From positions 36,507 to 100,506 of the forward strand of contig NZ_CBDDIG010000003.1 of NCBI RefSeq assembly GCF_965228755.1: DNA of 64,000 nucleotides, given 5' to 3'. Each line of letters starts with the position of its first letter. Position 1 is the stretch's first letter. The position numbers and the translations under genes are program-made. The notes below the pieces were generated by a model. It made no database searches and was not told the origin of the DNA. It was given only the letters and a program-made list of their open reading frames with translations. This stretch comes from Roseovarius sp. Its GTDB lineage: Bacteria; Pseudomonadota; Alphaproteobacteria; Rhodobacterales; Rhodobacteraceae. Positions 9,640 through 21,163 of this stretch are shown here, in pieces.

Positions 9640-11166
9640 ATGGTGTCCCAGACAAATTCTCCGGCCTTCGCGCCCTGCCCCGCGCCCTTCAACCTCGCGG
9701 CCCACGTCCTGCGCCACGCCGACGCGTCGCCCGACAAGGTGGCGCTCGCCGTCCTCGGCCTCTCCGGCGCCGAACGCTGGAGCTACGCCAAGCTGAAACA
9801 GGCGGTCCTCGGCACCGGCACGGGCCTCCTGCAAACCGGCCTCCAGCCCGGCGACCGCGTCCTCATGCGCCTCGGCAACACCGTCGAATTCCCCATCGCC
9901 TATCTCGGCGCCATCGCCGTCGGCCTCGTCCCCGTCCCCACCTCCTCGCAGCTCACCGAGCGCGAGGTCGCCGGCATCATCGCCACCACCGCCCCCGGCG
10001 CCATCCTCCGCGACCCCGCCATCGCCTGCCCTGACACCGACATCCCCGTCATCACCCCCGATGCCCTCGCCACCATGCGCGCCCTCCCCCCGGCCGATTT
10101 CGACATGGGCGACCCGGACCGCATGGCCTACATCATCTATACCTCCGGCACTTCCGGCACACCCCGCGCGGTGATGCACGCCCACCGCGCCATCTGGGCC
10201 CGGCAGATGATGGTCGACGGCTGGTACGGCCTGCGCGACACCGACCGCCTCTGCCACGCCGGCGCCTTCAATTGGACCTACACGCTGGGCACCGGCCTGA
10301 TGGACCCGTGGACAGCCGGCGCCACCGCCCTCATCCCCCAATCCGGCATCGACGCGGGCCAGCTTCCCCTGCTGATGAAGCGCCACGACGCCACGATTTT
10401 CGCCGCCGCGCCGGGCGTTTATCGCAAGTTCCTCAAGGACGGCACGCCACTCGACCTGTCCAAGCTCCGCCACGGCCTCTCCGCCGGCGAAAAGCTCGCC
10501 GACACCATCCGCGAGGCATGGGGCACCGCCACCGGCACCGAGATCTTCGAGGCCTATGGCATGTCCGAATGCTCCACCTTCATCTCCGCCGCGCCGGGCC
10601 ATCAGGCGCCACAAGGCACCCTCGGCTACCCCCAGCCCGGCCGCCGCGTCGCCATCATCGGCGACAACGGCCCCGTGCCGCTGGGCGAGGAAGGCACCAT
10701 CGCCATCCACCGTTCCGACCCCGGCCTGATGCTCGGCTATCTCGGCGCGCCCGAGGCCACGGCGGCCAAGTTCCGCGGCGACTGGTTCCTCACCGGCGAT
10801 CAGGGCGTGATGGACGACACCGGCGCCATCACCTATCTCGGCCGCGCCGACGACATGATGAACGCCGGCGGCTTCCGCGTCTCCCCGATGGAGGTCGAGG
10901 CGGTGCTCAACGCCCATCCCGGCATCCTCCAGGCCGCGGTCACCGATATCGAGGTCAAGGCCGACGCCCGCCTGATCATGGCCTTCTACACCGGTCCCGA
11001 ACCGCTGCCCGAGGCCGAACTGCACGCATTTGCGAAAGAGCGGCTCGCAGGCTACAAATGCCCCCGCGGTTTCTTCCACCTCGACGCGTTGCCCACCGGC
11101 GCGAACGGCAAAATCCTGCGCCGCGAATTGCGGCCGATCTACAAGGCGCTCCATGGTCAAGCTTGA
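9640..11166 (+). CDS. class I adenylate-forming enzyme (acyl-CoA synthetase family)
   Basis: YTSGTSGTPRAV, YGMSE, WFLTGD, GRADD, PTGANGK. Confidence 0.93.
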   Translation: MVSQTNSPAFAPCPAPFNLAAHVLRHADASPDKVALAVLGLSGAERWSYAKLKQAVLGTGTGLLQTGLQPGDRVLMRLGNTVEFPIAYLGAIAVGLVPVPTSSQLTEREVAGIIATTAPGAILRDPAIACPDTDIPVITPDALATMRALPPADFDMGDPDRMAYIIYTSGTSGTPRAVMHAHRAIWARQMMVDGWYGLRDTDRLCHAGAFNWTYTLGTGLMDPWTAGATALIPQSGIDAGQLPLLMKRHDATIFAAAPGVYRKFLKDGTPLDLSKLRHGLSAGEKLADTIREAWGTATGTEIFEAYGMSECSTFISAAPGHQAPQGTLGYPQPGRRVAIIGDNGPVPLGEEGTIAIHRSDPGLMLGYLGAPEATAAKFRGDWFLTGDQGVMDDTGAITYLGRADDMMNAGGFRVSPMEVEAVLNAHPGILQAAVTDIEVKADARLIMAFYTGPEPLPEAELHAFAKERLAGYKCPRGFFHLDALPTGANGKILRRELRPIYKALHGQA

Positions 11167-11803
11167 TATCATCTCCGACACGATCTGCCCCTGGTGCTAT
11201 ATCGGGAAAACCCTGCTCGACAAGGCGCTGGCCGAACGCCCCGACCACCCGTTCGAGATCGAGTGGCACCCGTTCCAGCTCAACCCCGACATGCCGCCCG
11301 AGGGGATGGACCGCCACACCTACCTCGAACGGAAATTCGGCGGTCAGGAAGGCGCGGCACGCGCCTATGCCCCCATCGTCGAGGCAGCCGAGGCCGCAGG
11401 GCTCAACCTCAACCTCGCCGGCATCAAGCGCACGCCCAACACGCTCGACGCCCACCGCCTGATCCACTGGGCCGGCATCGAGGGCAAGCAGATGGCCGTC
11501 GCCATGGCGCTCTTCCGTGCCTATTTCCACGACGGTCGCGATATTGCCGATCACGACACGCTGGCCGATATCGCCGACGGGGCCGAGATGGATGCCGCCG
11601 TGGTGCTTAAATTGCTCAAATCCGATGCCGACCTCGAAGGTATCCACAAGAAGGATGCCGGTTTTCGTGAAATGGGGATCACCGGCGTGCCCACCTTCAT
11701 CGTCGCGGGCAAGCATGCCGTGCCCGGCTGCCAGCCGCCCGAGCTCTGGATCAAGGTGATCGACGAGCTCAACAACCAGCCCGCGCAGGCCGGCAACGGC
11801 TGA
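11153..11803 (+). CDS. DsbA family oxidoreductase (FrnE-like)
   Basis: SDTICPWCYIG, HPFQLNP, GITGVPTF; overlaps the upstream stop codon. Confidence 0.92.
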   Translation: MVKLDIISDTICPWCYIGKTLLDKALAERPDHPFEIEWHPFQLNPDMPPEGMDRHTYLERKFGGQEGAARAYAPIVEAAEAAGLNLNLAGIKRTPNTLDAHRLIHWAGIEGKQMAVAMALFRAYFHDGRDIADHDTLADIADGAEMDAAVVLKLLKSDADLEGIHKKDAGFREMGITGVPTFIVAGKHAVPGCQPPELWIKVIDELNNQPAQAGNG

Positions 11804-11821
11804 GGATCGAGGGGGCAAGGG

Positions 11822-12199
11822 ATGAACTGGCGCCGCATCATCGCCCTATTCTCCACCCTGCCGGCCATCATCATCGGCGGCACGATCTTCTTCCACCATG
11901 TCGAAGGCTGGTCGTGGATCGACAGCTATTTCTTCACCGTCGTGACCCTCTCGACCGTGGGATATGGAGAGCTGGTGCCCGCCACCGCGACGGGCAAGAT
12001 CGGCACCACGATCTTCATCTTCGTGGGCCTCGGCATCTTCGCCGTTGCCATCCAGCAGTTCGGTGCCTTCGCGATGCGTCAACGCAAGGAGCATACCGAG
12101 TGGCTGATCGGCAAGGTCCGCCACGCGCCGCACGTCCATGACGACGCGCAGGACCACGCCGCCAATACCGACACCCGGCCGGATCCCCCCCGGCGGTAA
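11822..12199 (+). CDS. minimal two-TM potassium channel (ion transport 2 family)
   Basis: YFFTVVTLSTVGYG selectivity filter between two TM helices. Confidence 0.9.
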   Translation: MNWRRIIALFSTLPAIIIGGTIFFHHVEGWSWIDSYFFTVVTLSTVGYGELVPATATGKIGTTIFIFVGLGIFAVAIQQFGAFAMRQRKEHTEWLIGKVRHAPHVHDDAQDHAANTDTRPDPPRR

Positions 12200-12274
12200 T
12201 CTTCCTTTAACACCTTTCCCCTCCAGAACCGCCCCCCGCGCCGTTGCCACCCCGGCGCAGGTGTTCTAACGCTG

Positions 12275-12297
12275 GCAATGTTACGATATAACGTAGC
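12275..12297. promoter_or_regulatory. Zur box upstream of zinT
   Basis: GCAATGTTACGATATAACGTAGC resembles the proteobacterial GAAATGTTATA-N-TATAACATTTC palindrome and overlaps a TATAAC -10. Confidence 0.75.
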
Positions 12298-12359
12298 GAA
12301 TCACGCCGGGCGGCTCGCCCCCCGGCCCTGCCAACACCAACCCGAAAGGGAAAGACCAT

Positions 12360-13037
12360 ATGCAAACGCTCTTCCTCAGCCGCGCCGCCGCCCTGGCCAC
12401 CGGCGCCCTGCTCACCCTCGCCACCCCGGCGCTCGCCTCCGACTCCACCGAGAAATCCCATGATCACGACCACGACCATTCCCATTCCGACTCCAAGCAG
12501 CAGGCCGAGATCTACAAGGGATATTTCGAGGACAGCCAGATCGAAGCCCGCGCCCTTTCCGACTGGGAAGGAGACTGGCAATCGGTCTACCCCTACCTGG
12601 TGGATGGCAGCCTCACCCCGGTGATGGCGCACAAGGCCGCCCACGGCGACAAGACCGCCGAGGAATACCGCGCCTATTACGAGATCGGCTACGCCACCGA
12701 TGTCGACCGCATCGAGATCGTCGGCGATCAGGTCACCTTCCACGAGGGCGACACCTCCGTCTCGGGCACCTATGCCGATGACGGCTACGAGGTGCTGACC
12801 TACAAGAAGGGCAACCGCGGCGTCCGCTTCATCTTCCAGAAGACCGAAGGCGACGAGGACGCACCCGATTACATCCAGTTCAGCGACCATCGCATCGCCC
12901 CCGCCAAGGCCGACCATTACCACCTCTACTGGGGCGACGACCGCGCCGCCCTGCTTGAAGAGGTCACCAACTGGCCCACCTACTACCCGGCCGATCTGAC
13001 CGTCGATCAGATCGTCGAAGAGATGACGGCCCACTAG
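12360..13037 (+). CDS. zinT: periplasmic zinc-binding protein ZinT
   Basis: Signal peptide, HDHDHDHSHS, LSDWEGDWQSVYPYL, GNRGVRF, QFSDH...HYHLYWG, NWPTYYP. Confidence 0.93.
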   Translation: MQTLFLSRAAALATGALLTLATPALASDSTEKSHDHDHDHSHSDSKQQAEIYKGYFEDSQIEARALSDWEGDWQSVYPYLVDGSLTPVMAHKAAHGDKTAEEYRAYYEIGYATDVDRIEIVGDQVTFHEGDTSVSGTYADDGYEVLTYKKGNRGVRFIFQKTEGDEDAPDYIQFSDHRIAPAKADHYHLYWGDDRAALLEEVTNWPTYYPADLTVDQIVEEMTAH

Positions 13038-13211
13038 GGCCCGTCACCCGGCGCGCGCCTCCGCTCCTTCCCTGTTGCGGGGCGCGCGCCACCCCGGTCC
13101 GGCGCATTAACCGGGCGGAAAGGTTCCCGCCCGCATATGTGCGCGAACGGCCTTCGACATGTGCGCACCCCGCCTATGGCGCATATCCGCACAGCATGAT
13201 AGCGCCCAGGG

Positions 13212-14444
13212 ATGAGCGTTTCCGAAACTCCCCAGCCCGGCCGCGCGCCCATCGGGCGCATCGAATTCGTCGCCCTCATGGCGATGCTCGTGGCCACCGT
13301 CGCGTTCTCCATCGACGCGATGTTGCCCGCCCTGCCCCGGATCGGCGCGGAACTTACCCCCGAGGCGGTCAACCGGGCCCAGCTCGTCGTGGCCTCCTTC
13401 CTTCTGGGGCTCGGCTGCGGCACCTTCTTCACCGGCCCGCTCTCCGACAGTTTCGGGCGCAAGCCGGTCATCCTTGCGGGCGCGGCAGTCTATATCACCG
13501 GCGCGCTGATGGCGATGATCGCGCCCTCGCTCGAACTGATCGTCGCGGCGCGCATCCTGCAGGGGCTCGGCGCCGCCGCGGCCCGCATCGTCGCGCTCGC
13601 CATCATCCGCGACCTCTATGCCGGGCGCGAGATGGCGCGGCTCATTTCCTTCGTGATGATGGTCTTCACCCTCGTCCCCGCCGTGGCTCCCCTCGCCGGC
13701 AGCGGCGTCATCGCGCTCACCGGCTGGCGCGGCATCTTCGGCATCTTCATCCTCTTCACCATCTGCACCACCCTGTGGATGCTGCTCCGCCTCGCCGAAC
13801 CCCTGCCCGCCGAACGCCGCCGCCCCTTCCGGCCCCGCTCGCTCTGGGCCGCGGTGAAGGAGGTGCTGTCCTACCGCACCGTCCGCCTGTCGATCGCCGT
13901 GCAGATCCTCTGCTTCACCACGCTCTTCTCCTCGATCAGCTCGATCCAGCAGATCTTCAGCGCCACCTTCGACCGCACCGACGATTTCCCCTACTGGTTC
14001 TTCGTCATCGCCCTGCTCGCCGGCACCGGCAGCTTCGTCAACGCGGCGCTGGTCATGCGTCTGGGGATGCGCCGGCTGGTCAGCTTCGCGCTCATGGCCC
14101 AGGTCTGCCTGACGGCGATCACCCTGACCCTCTTCCTGATCGGCCTGCCGCCGGGCATCGACTTCGCGGTCTACGTCGCGTGGCAGACCACCGTCTTCTT
14201 CCAGGCGGCGCTGACGCTCGGCAATCTCAACGCCCTCGCGATGGAGCCCCTGGGCCACATCGCCGGCATGGCCGCCAGCGTCATCGCCAGCATCGGCACG
14301 GTCGGCTCGGTGATCCTGACCGTTCCCGTGGGCCTCGCGTTCAACGGAACGCCCCTGCCGCTCTTCACCGGCGTCCTCGCCTGCGTGCTGGGCGGCACCC
14401 TGCTGATGCGGAAGCTGGAAAAGATCGAGCATTACGACGGCTGA
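13212..14444 (+). CDS. Bcr/CflA family MFS multidrug efflux transporter
   Basis: FSIDAMLPAL, GPLSDSFGRKP, ARILQG; about 12 TM. Confidence 0.92.
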   Translation: MSVSETPQPGRAPIGRIEFVALMAMLVATVAFSIDAMLPALPRIGAELTPEAVNRAQLVVASFLLGLGCGTFFTGPLSDSFGRKPVILAGAAVYITGALMAMIAPSLELIVAARILQGLGAAAARIVALAIIRDLYAGREMARLISFVMMVFTLVPAVAPLAGSGVIALTGWRGIFGIFILFTICTTLWMLLRLAEPLPAERRRPFRPRSLWAAVKEVLSYRTVRLSIAVQILCFTTLFSSISSIQQIFSATFDRTDDFPYWFFVIALLAGTGSFVNAALVMRLGMRRLVSFALMAQVCLTAITLTLFLIGLPPGIDFAVYVAWQTTVFFQAALTLGNLNALAMEPLGHIAGMAASVIASIGTVGSVILTVPVGLAFNGTPLPLFTGVLACVLGGTLLMRKLEKIEHYDG

Positions 14445-14586
14445 CCCCGCCGCGCCCCTCCTGCGCGGCCTCCCGCTGGCCCTCGCCACTTTTTCCGGTA
14501 TACAGTCGCATACCGTCTTTCCAGAGGCGCCGCGATAGGCTATGACGCGCCCAAACGCGTCTTACCCGGATCAAGAGGGATCACCG

Positions 14587-16791
<2,205 letters not shown>

Positions 16792-16811
16792 CCGCCCCTT
16801 CCCCTTGCAAG

Positions 16812-16854
16812 ACGGGCCGTCCTGGGTCATCCCCAAGGCGGCCCGTATTCTTTT
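16812..16854 (+). terminator. stem-loop between the two IDH genes
   Basis: ACGGGCCG...CGGCCCGT stem followed by ATTCTTTT. Confidence 0.55.
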
Positions 16855-16881
16855 GCAGGCACCCTTGCCGAGGAGCATGAC

Positions 16882-18096
16882 ATGTCGAAGATCAAGGTAG
16901 ACAACCCCATCGTCGAGATGGACGGCGACGAGATGACCCGCATCATGTGGGATTTCATCAAGCAGAAGCTGATCCTGCCCTATCTGGATATCGACCTGCT
17001 TTATTACGACCTCGGGATCGAGAACCGGGATGCAACGAGCGACCAGGTCACCATCGACGCCGCCGAGAAGACCAAGGAGGTGGGCGTCGCCGTCAAATGC
17101 GCCACCATCACGCCGGACGAGGCCCGGGTCGAGGAGTTCGGCCTCAAGGAGATGTGGCGCAGCCCGAATGGCACGATCCGCAATATCCTTGGCGGCGTGG
17201 TGTTCCGGGCGCCGATCATCTGCCGCAACGTGCCGCGCCTCGTGCCGGGGTGGACCAAGCCCATCGTGATCGGGCGCCATGCCTATGGGGACCAGTACCG
17301 CGCGACGGACATCAAGTTTCCGGGGCCCGGCAAGCTGAGCCTCAAGTTTGTCGGGGAGGACGGCGAGGTGATCGAGAAGGAGGTGTTCGACGCCCCCTCC
17401 TCCGGCGTCTACATGGGCATGTACAACCTCGACGACTCGATCCGCGATTTCGCGCGGGCGTCGATGAACTATGCCCTGTCGATGGGCTGGCCACTTTACC
17501 TGTCGACCAAGAATACCATTTTGAAACAATATGATGGCCAGTTCCTGCTGCTGTTCGAAGCGGTGTTCGAGGCCGAGTTCAGGGACAAGTTCGAGGAGGC
17601 CGGGATCACCTATGAGCACCGGCTGATCGACGACATGGTCGCCTGTGCGATGAAGTGGAGCGGCGGCTTCGTCTGGGCCTGCAAGAACTACGATGGCGAC
17701 GTGCAATCCGACACCGTGGCGCAGGGTTTCGGCTCGCTTGGCCTGATGACCTCGCAACTGATGACGCCCGACGGCAGGATCGTCGAGGCCGAGGCGGCCC
17801 ATGGCACCGTCACCCGCCACTATCGCCAGCACCAGAAGGGCGAGGCGACCTCGACCAACTCCATCGCCTCGATCTATGCCTGGACGGGCGGGCTGAAACA
17901 CCGGGCCAAGCTGGACGGCAACAAGGCGCTGATGACCTTCGCCACCACGCTGGAGCGGGTCATCGTCGAGACCGTGGAATCAGGGTCGATGACCAAGGAC
18001 CTCGCCCTGCTGGTGGGGCCCGATCAGGGCTGGCTTACCACCATGGGATTCCTCGAGAAGATCGATGAAAACCTCGACAAGGCGCTGGCGGGCTAG
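16882..18096 (+). CDS. icd: homodimeric (eukaryote-like) NADP-dependent isocitrate dehydrogenase
   Basis: [50 protein letters not shown] (NADP-type RH). Confidence 0.96.
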   Translation: MSKIKVDNPIVEMDGDEMTRIMWDFIKQKLILPYLDIDLLYYDLGIENRDATSDQVTIDAAEKTKEVGVAVKCATITPDEARVEEFGLKEMWRSPNGTIRNILGGVVFRAPIICRNVPRLVPGWTKPIVIGRHAYGDQYRATDIKFPGPGKLSLKFVGEDGEVIEKEVFDAPSSGVYMGMYNLDDSIRDFARASMNYALSMGWPLYLSTKNTILKQYDGQFLLLFEAVFEAEFRDKFEEAGITYEHRLIDDMVACAMKWSGGFVWACKNYDGDVQSDTVAQGFGSLGLMTSQLMTPDGRIVEAEAAHGTVTRHYRQHQKGEATSTNSIASIYAWTGGLKHRAKLDGNKALMTFATTLERVIVETVESGSMTKDLALLVGPDQGWLTTMGFLEKIDENLDKALAG

Positions 18097-18222
18097 GCAC
18101 CCCGGCGCCCCCGGTGGCAGGAAGGGCTCAGGCGGCAGAGGCGCGCGGCGGCGTCGCTTGACCCCGCCGTGAAACCCCTGCGATATGGGCGAAAGTCCCA
18201 CCCCGAGCCCCAGGTGCGCCCC

Positions 18223-18558
18223 ATGCTGAAAGTCTACCTCATCCTGCTGCTGGCCGTTCTCTGCGAAGGGGTTGGGTCCACCTGTCTGCAGGCATCGCAG
18301 CAATTCACCCGTTTCTGGCCCTCGGTGGGCGTGGTGGCCGGGTTCGGCTCGGCCTTCTACCTGATGATGATCGTGCTGAAATACATGCCGCTGGGCATCA
18401 CCTACGCGATCTGGTCGGGTCTGGGCATCTGTTTGACGGCGTTCCTCGGCTGGCTGTTCTTCAAACAGGGGGTCGATTTTCCCGCGATCCTGGGGATGGC
18501 GCTGATCGTCGCGGGCATCGTGGTGATCAACCTCTATTCGAAAACCGCCACCCACTGA
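18223..18558 (+). CDS. SMR/DMT family small multidrug transporter
   Basis: 4 TM, conserved Glu in TM1 (LCEG), PLGITYAIWSGLG. Confidence 0.9.
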   Translation: MLKVYLILLLAVLCEGVGSTCLQASQQFTRFWPSVGVVAGFGSAFYLMMIVLKYMPLGITYAIWSGLGICLTAFLGWLFFKQGVDFPAILGMALIVAGIVVINLYSKTATH

Positions 18559-18564
18559 CCCGGC

Positions 18565-18771
18565 TCAGGATCCGCGATTGTGGGTCTTGGCGTACATCTC
18601 GGCGATCATCCGGCTGGCCGTCTTTTCGAACAGGCAGGGGATGACGGCGTGAACCAGCGCGCAGAACCCGGCGGCGAAGAGTTTGACGCTGAACTTGCCG
18701 GCAAAGGCCGCGTGTTCGAGATAGGTTTCATCCACGCTGCGCGGGTGGTCGAGGAAGGTCTTCGTGATCAT
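18565..18771 (-). CDS. small protein (DUF6356-like)
   Basis: 68 aa, FLDHPRSVDETYLEH...VHAVIPCLFEKTAS; AGGAG SD. Confidence 0.75.
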   Translation of the reverse strand: MITKTFLDHPRSVDETYLEHAAFAGKFSVKLFAAGFCALVHAVIPCLFEKTASRMIAEMYAKTHNRGS

Positions 18772-18894
18772 CGTGTACTCCTGTCTGCGCCAATTTCCTT
18801 GCCATATGTTTAACGTGCCGCGCCGTGGCAGTTTTCCCAATTTCACGAAGAACCCGATTGATTGCGGGATGATTTCCCAAGTATCCTACAAATC

Positions 18895-19353
18895 ATGAGC
18901 GAAATTGACGATATCGACCGGCGCATCCTGACCGAACTCCAGCGCAGTGCCGACCTGCCGCTCGACCAGCTTGGCGAGCGGGTGGGCCTGTCGCGCAACG
19001 CCTGCTGGCGGCGGGTCAAGGCGATGGAGGCGGCGGGGATCATCCGGAAACGCGTGGCGCTGCTGGATGCGGAGAGGCTGGGCTTCGGCCTGACGGTGTT
19101 CATGCAGATCAAGGCCGCCGCCCATGATGCCGACTGGCTGGAGCGGTTTGCGCGGGCCACCAAGACCATGCCGGAGGTGCAGGCGGTCTACCGGATGACC
19201 GGCGAACTCGACTACCTGATCCGGGCCCGGGTGGCGGATATGAAGGGCTATGACCGGCTGTACCAGAGGCTGGTGGCGAAGGTGCCGATGGGAGATGTGT
19301 CGGCGTCGTTCGTGATGGAGGAGATCAAGGAAACGACGGAATTGCCGCTGTGA
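18895..19353 (+). CDS. Lrp/AsnC family regulator, DecR/YbaO-like
   Basis: HTH with CWRRVK; MPEV, RMTGELDYL, VADMKGYD, SFVMEEIK. Confidence 0.9.
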   Translation: MSEIDDIDRRILTELQRSADLPLDQLGERVGLSRNACWRRVKAMEAAGIIRKRVALLDAERLGFGLTVFMQIKAAAHDADWLERFARATKTMPEVQAVYRMTGELDYLIRARVADMKGYDRLYQRLVAKVPMGDVSASFVMEEIKETTELPL

Positions 19354-19406
19354 CGGCGGGGTTGGACGCGAATCGGGGTTAACGCGTTGATATGGCGGGG
19401 AAACCG

Positions 19407-19450
19407 GGTATCGGTATCGCGTCGGTATAACGTCGGTATTTTGTCGGTGT
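19407..19450 (-). repeat. tandem 11-bp ATACCGAC-nnn array, copy 2 (4 units)
   Basis: Minus strand acaccgacaaa / ataccgacgtt / ataccgacgcg / ataccgatacc; GTTAAC at 19378-19383 and 19471-19476. Confidence 0.85.
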
Positions 19451-19485
19451 TCTTGACCGACATTCGCCGGGTTAACGCATCGGCC

Positions 19486-19773
19486 TCAGGAGGCCACTTC
19501 GGTCGCGGGGCCCATCCGGTCGAACATGTCGATATCGCGCACGGTGATCGTGCCGGTGATGATGATATAGGCGAGGATCGACCAGATCACCGCCGAGACC
19601 CCCGTCACGATCAGCGCTTTCTTCTTCAGGTGATGCTTCTCCGGCGAGCCGGAATGGGTGCCCGGCACCACCTCGCCCGCCTCCCCCTGCGTCTGGATGC
19701 GCAGGGGCAGCACGACGAGGAAGGTCATGAACCAGACCACCATGAACAGGACGATGCCCGAGGCGATGCCCAT
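19486..19773 (-). CDS. DUF1467 family membrane protein
   Basis: FLVVLPLRIQTQGEAGEVVPGTHSGSP; two TM segments. Confidence 0.85.
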   Translation of the reverse strand: MGIASGIVLFMVVWFMTFLVVLPLRIQTQGEAGEVVPGTHSGSPEKHHLKKKALIVTGVSAVIWSILAYIIITGTITVRDIDMFDRMGPATEVAS

Positions 19774-20177
19774 CAGACCTGCTCCAGTTCCACGAGGCAG
19801 CCGTTGAAATCCTTGGGGTGCAGGAACAGCACCGGCTTGCCATGGGCGCCGATCTTGGGCTCTCCCGAACCCAGCACGCGGGCGCCGCTTTCCTTCAGGT
19901 GGTCGCGGGCGGCGAGGATGTCGTCGACCTCGTAGCAGACATGATGGATGCCGCCCGAGGGGTTCTTCTCGAGAAAGCCCTTGATCGGGCTGTCCTCGCC
20001 CAGCGGATAGAGCAGCTCGATCTTAGTGTTGGGCAGCTCGATGAAGATGACGGTGACGCCGTGATCGGGCTCGTCCTGCGGTGCGCCCACATTGGCACCG
20101 AGCGCGGTGCGGTACTGGTCGGCCGCGGCCTCGAGGTCGGGCACGGCGATGGCGACATGGTTGAGGCGTCCGATCAT
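19773..20177 (-). CDS. mce: methylmalonyl-CoA epimerase
   Basis: LNHVAIAVPDL, GGIHHVCYEV, GAHGKPVLFLHPKD, ELEQ. Confidence 0.96.
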   Translation of the reverse strand: MIGRLNHVAIAVPDLEAAADQYRTALGANVGAPQDEPDHGVTVIFIELPNTKIELLYPLGEDSPIKGFLEKNPSGGIHHVCYEVDDILAARDHLKESGARVLGSGEPKIGAHGKPVLFLHPKDFNGCLVELEQV

Positions 20178-20276
20178 GGGGGCATCCTTCGGGCTGGTTG
20201 GCTGGGGCCGTTATGCCGGGGCCGCGGGGCGCGTGCAAGCGGCAGGACAGCGCACCCCCGGCCCGCCGGGCAGCGC

Positions 20277-20291
20277 TTAACCGTTCATTAG
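20277..20291 (+). promoter_or_regulatory. possible CtrA site upstream of the response regulator
   Basis: TTAA-ccgttca-TTAG, one mismatch to TTAA-N7-TTAA. Confidence 0.45.
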
Positions 20292-20336
20292 GCGTGATGG
20301 CCTAGCGTGAGTCGCATCGCAGCAAGGGAGCAGCCG

Positions 20337-21053
20337 ATGACAACGCCCGACAGTTTCCGCAGCCCGACCCGGCCGACGGCCAGCCGCCCGCTTCTGGGCA
20401 TGACCATCCTTGTGGTCGAGGACAGCCGCTATACCTGTGAAACCCTGCGCCTGATGTGCCTGCGCAGCGGCGCGCGGATCAGGCGGGCGGATTGCCTCGC
20501 CTCGGCGCGGCGGCACCTGAAGGTGTACCGGCCCTCGGCGGCGATCATCGACATGGGGCTGCCGGATGGATCGGGGCTCGACCTGATCGACGAGCTGGCC
20601 CGCGCGGTACCGCGGGTGGGCGTGCTGCTCGGGCTGAGCGGCGACGACAGGGCCGAGACGGAGGCGCTGGCGGCCGGGGCGGACGGGTTCCTGGCCAAGC
20701 CGCTCGACAGCCTGGCCACGTTCCAGGAGACGATCCTGTCGGCCCTGCCCCCCGACGCGGTGCCCAGCGGCCCGCGCGCCGTGACGCAGGAGGCGGTTCA
20801 CCCCGATAATGTGGCGTTCTGTGATGACATGTCCCACGTGGCGACCCTGCTGGAACAGCGGCAGGACGGGCCGACGATCGACTACGTGGTGCAGTTCCTG
20901 GGCGGGGTCGCGCGCTCGGCCCGGGATCACACGCTGGAACGCGCGGCGAGCGACCTGGCCCGCAGCCGTTGCCAGGGTGATCCGCAGCGCGAGAAGGTGG
21001 CGCGGCTGATGCAGATGGTACATGCGCGGATCGAGAGCCGGGCGGCGATCTGA
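20337..21053 (+). CDS. response regulator (receiver domain plus helical C-terminal domain)
   Basis: VVEDS, IIDMGLPDG (phospho-Asp), LSG, FLAKP; GGGAG SD. Confidence 0.88.
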   Translation: MTTPDSFRSPTRPTASRPLLGMTILVVEDSRYTCETLRLMCLRSGARIRRADCLASARRHLKVYRPSAAIIDMGLPDGSGLDLIDELARAVPRVGVLLGLSGDDRAETEALAAGADGFLAKPLDSLATFQETILSALPPDAVPSGPRAVTQEAVHPDNVAFCDDMSHVATLLEQRQDGPTIDYVVQFLGGVARSARDHTLERAASDLARSRCQGDPQREKVARLMQMVHARIESRAAI

Positions 21054-21163
21054 GAGGCATCGAGGCGGCCGGATCTGGCGGGACGCGACATGGTTGGCCT
21101 GACCGGAAGCCGGACCTGCCGGCAGGACGGCCCGGAGGGCCATAGCAGGCAGGCCGGGCGCGG

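Noticed and set aside
18097-18222. Guanidine riboswitch upstream of the SMR gene
   Set aside because: No paired ACGR-loop hairpins or ykkC-like core; only a weak GAAA hairpin
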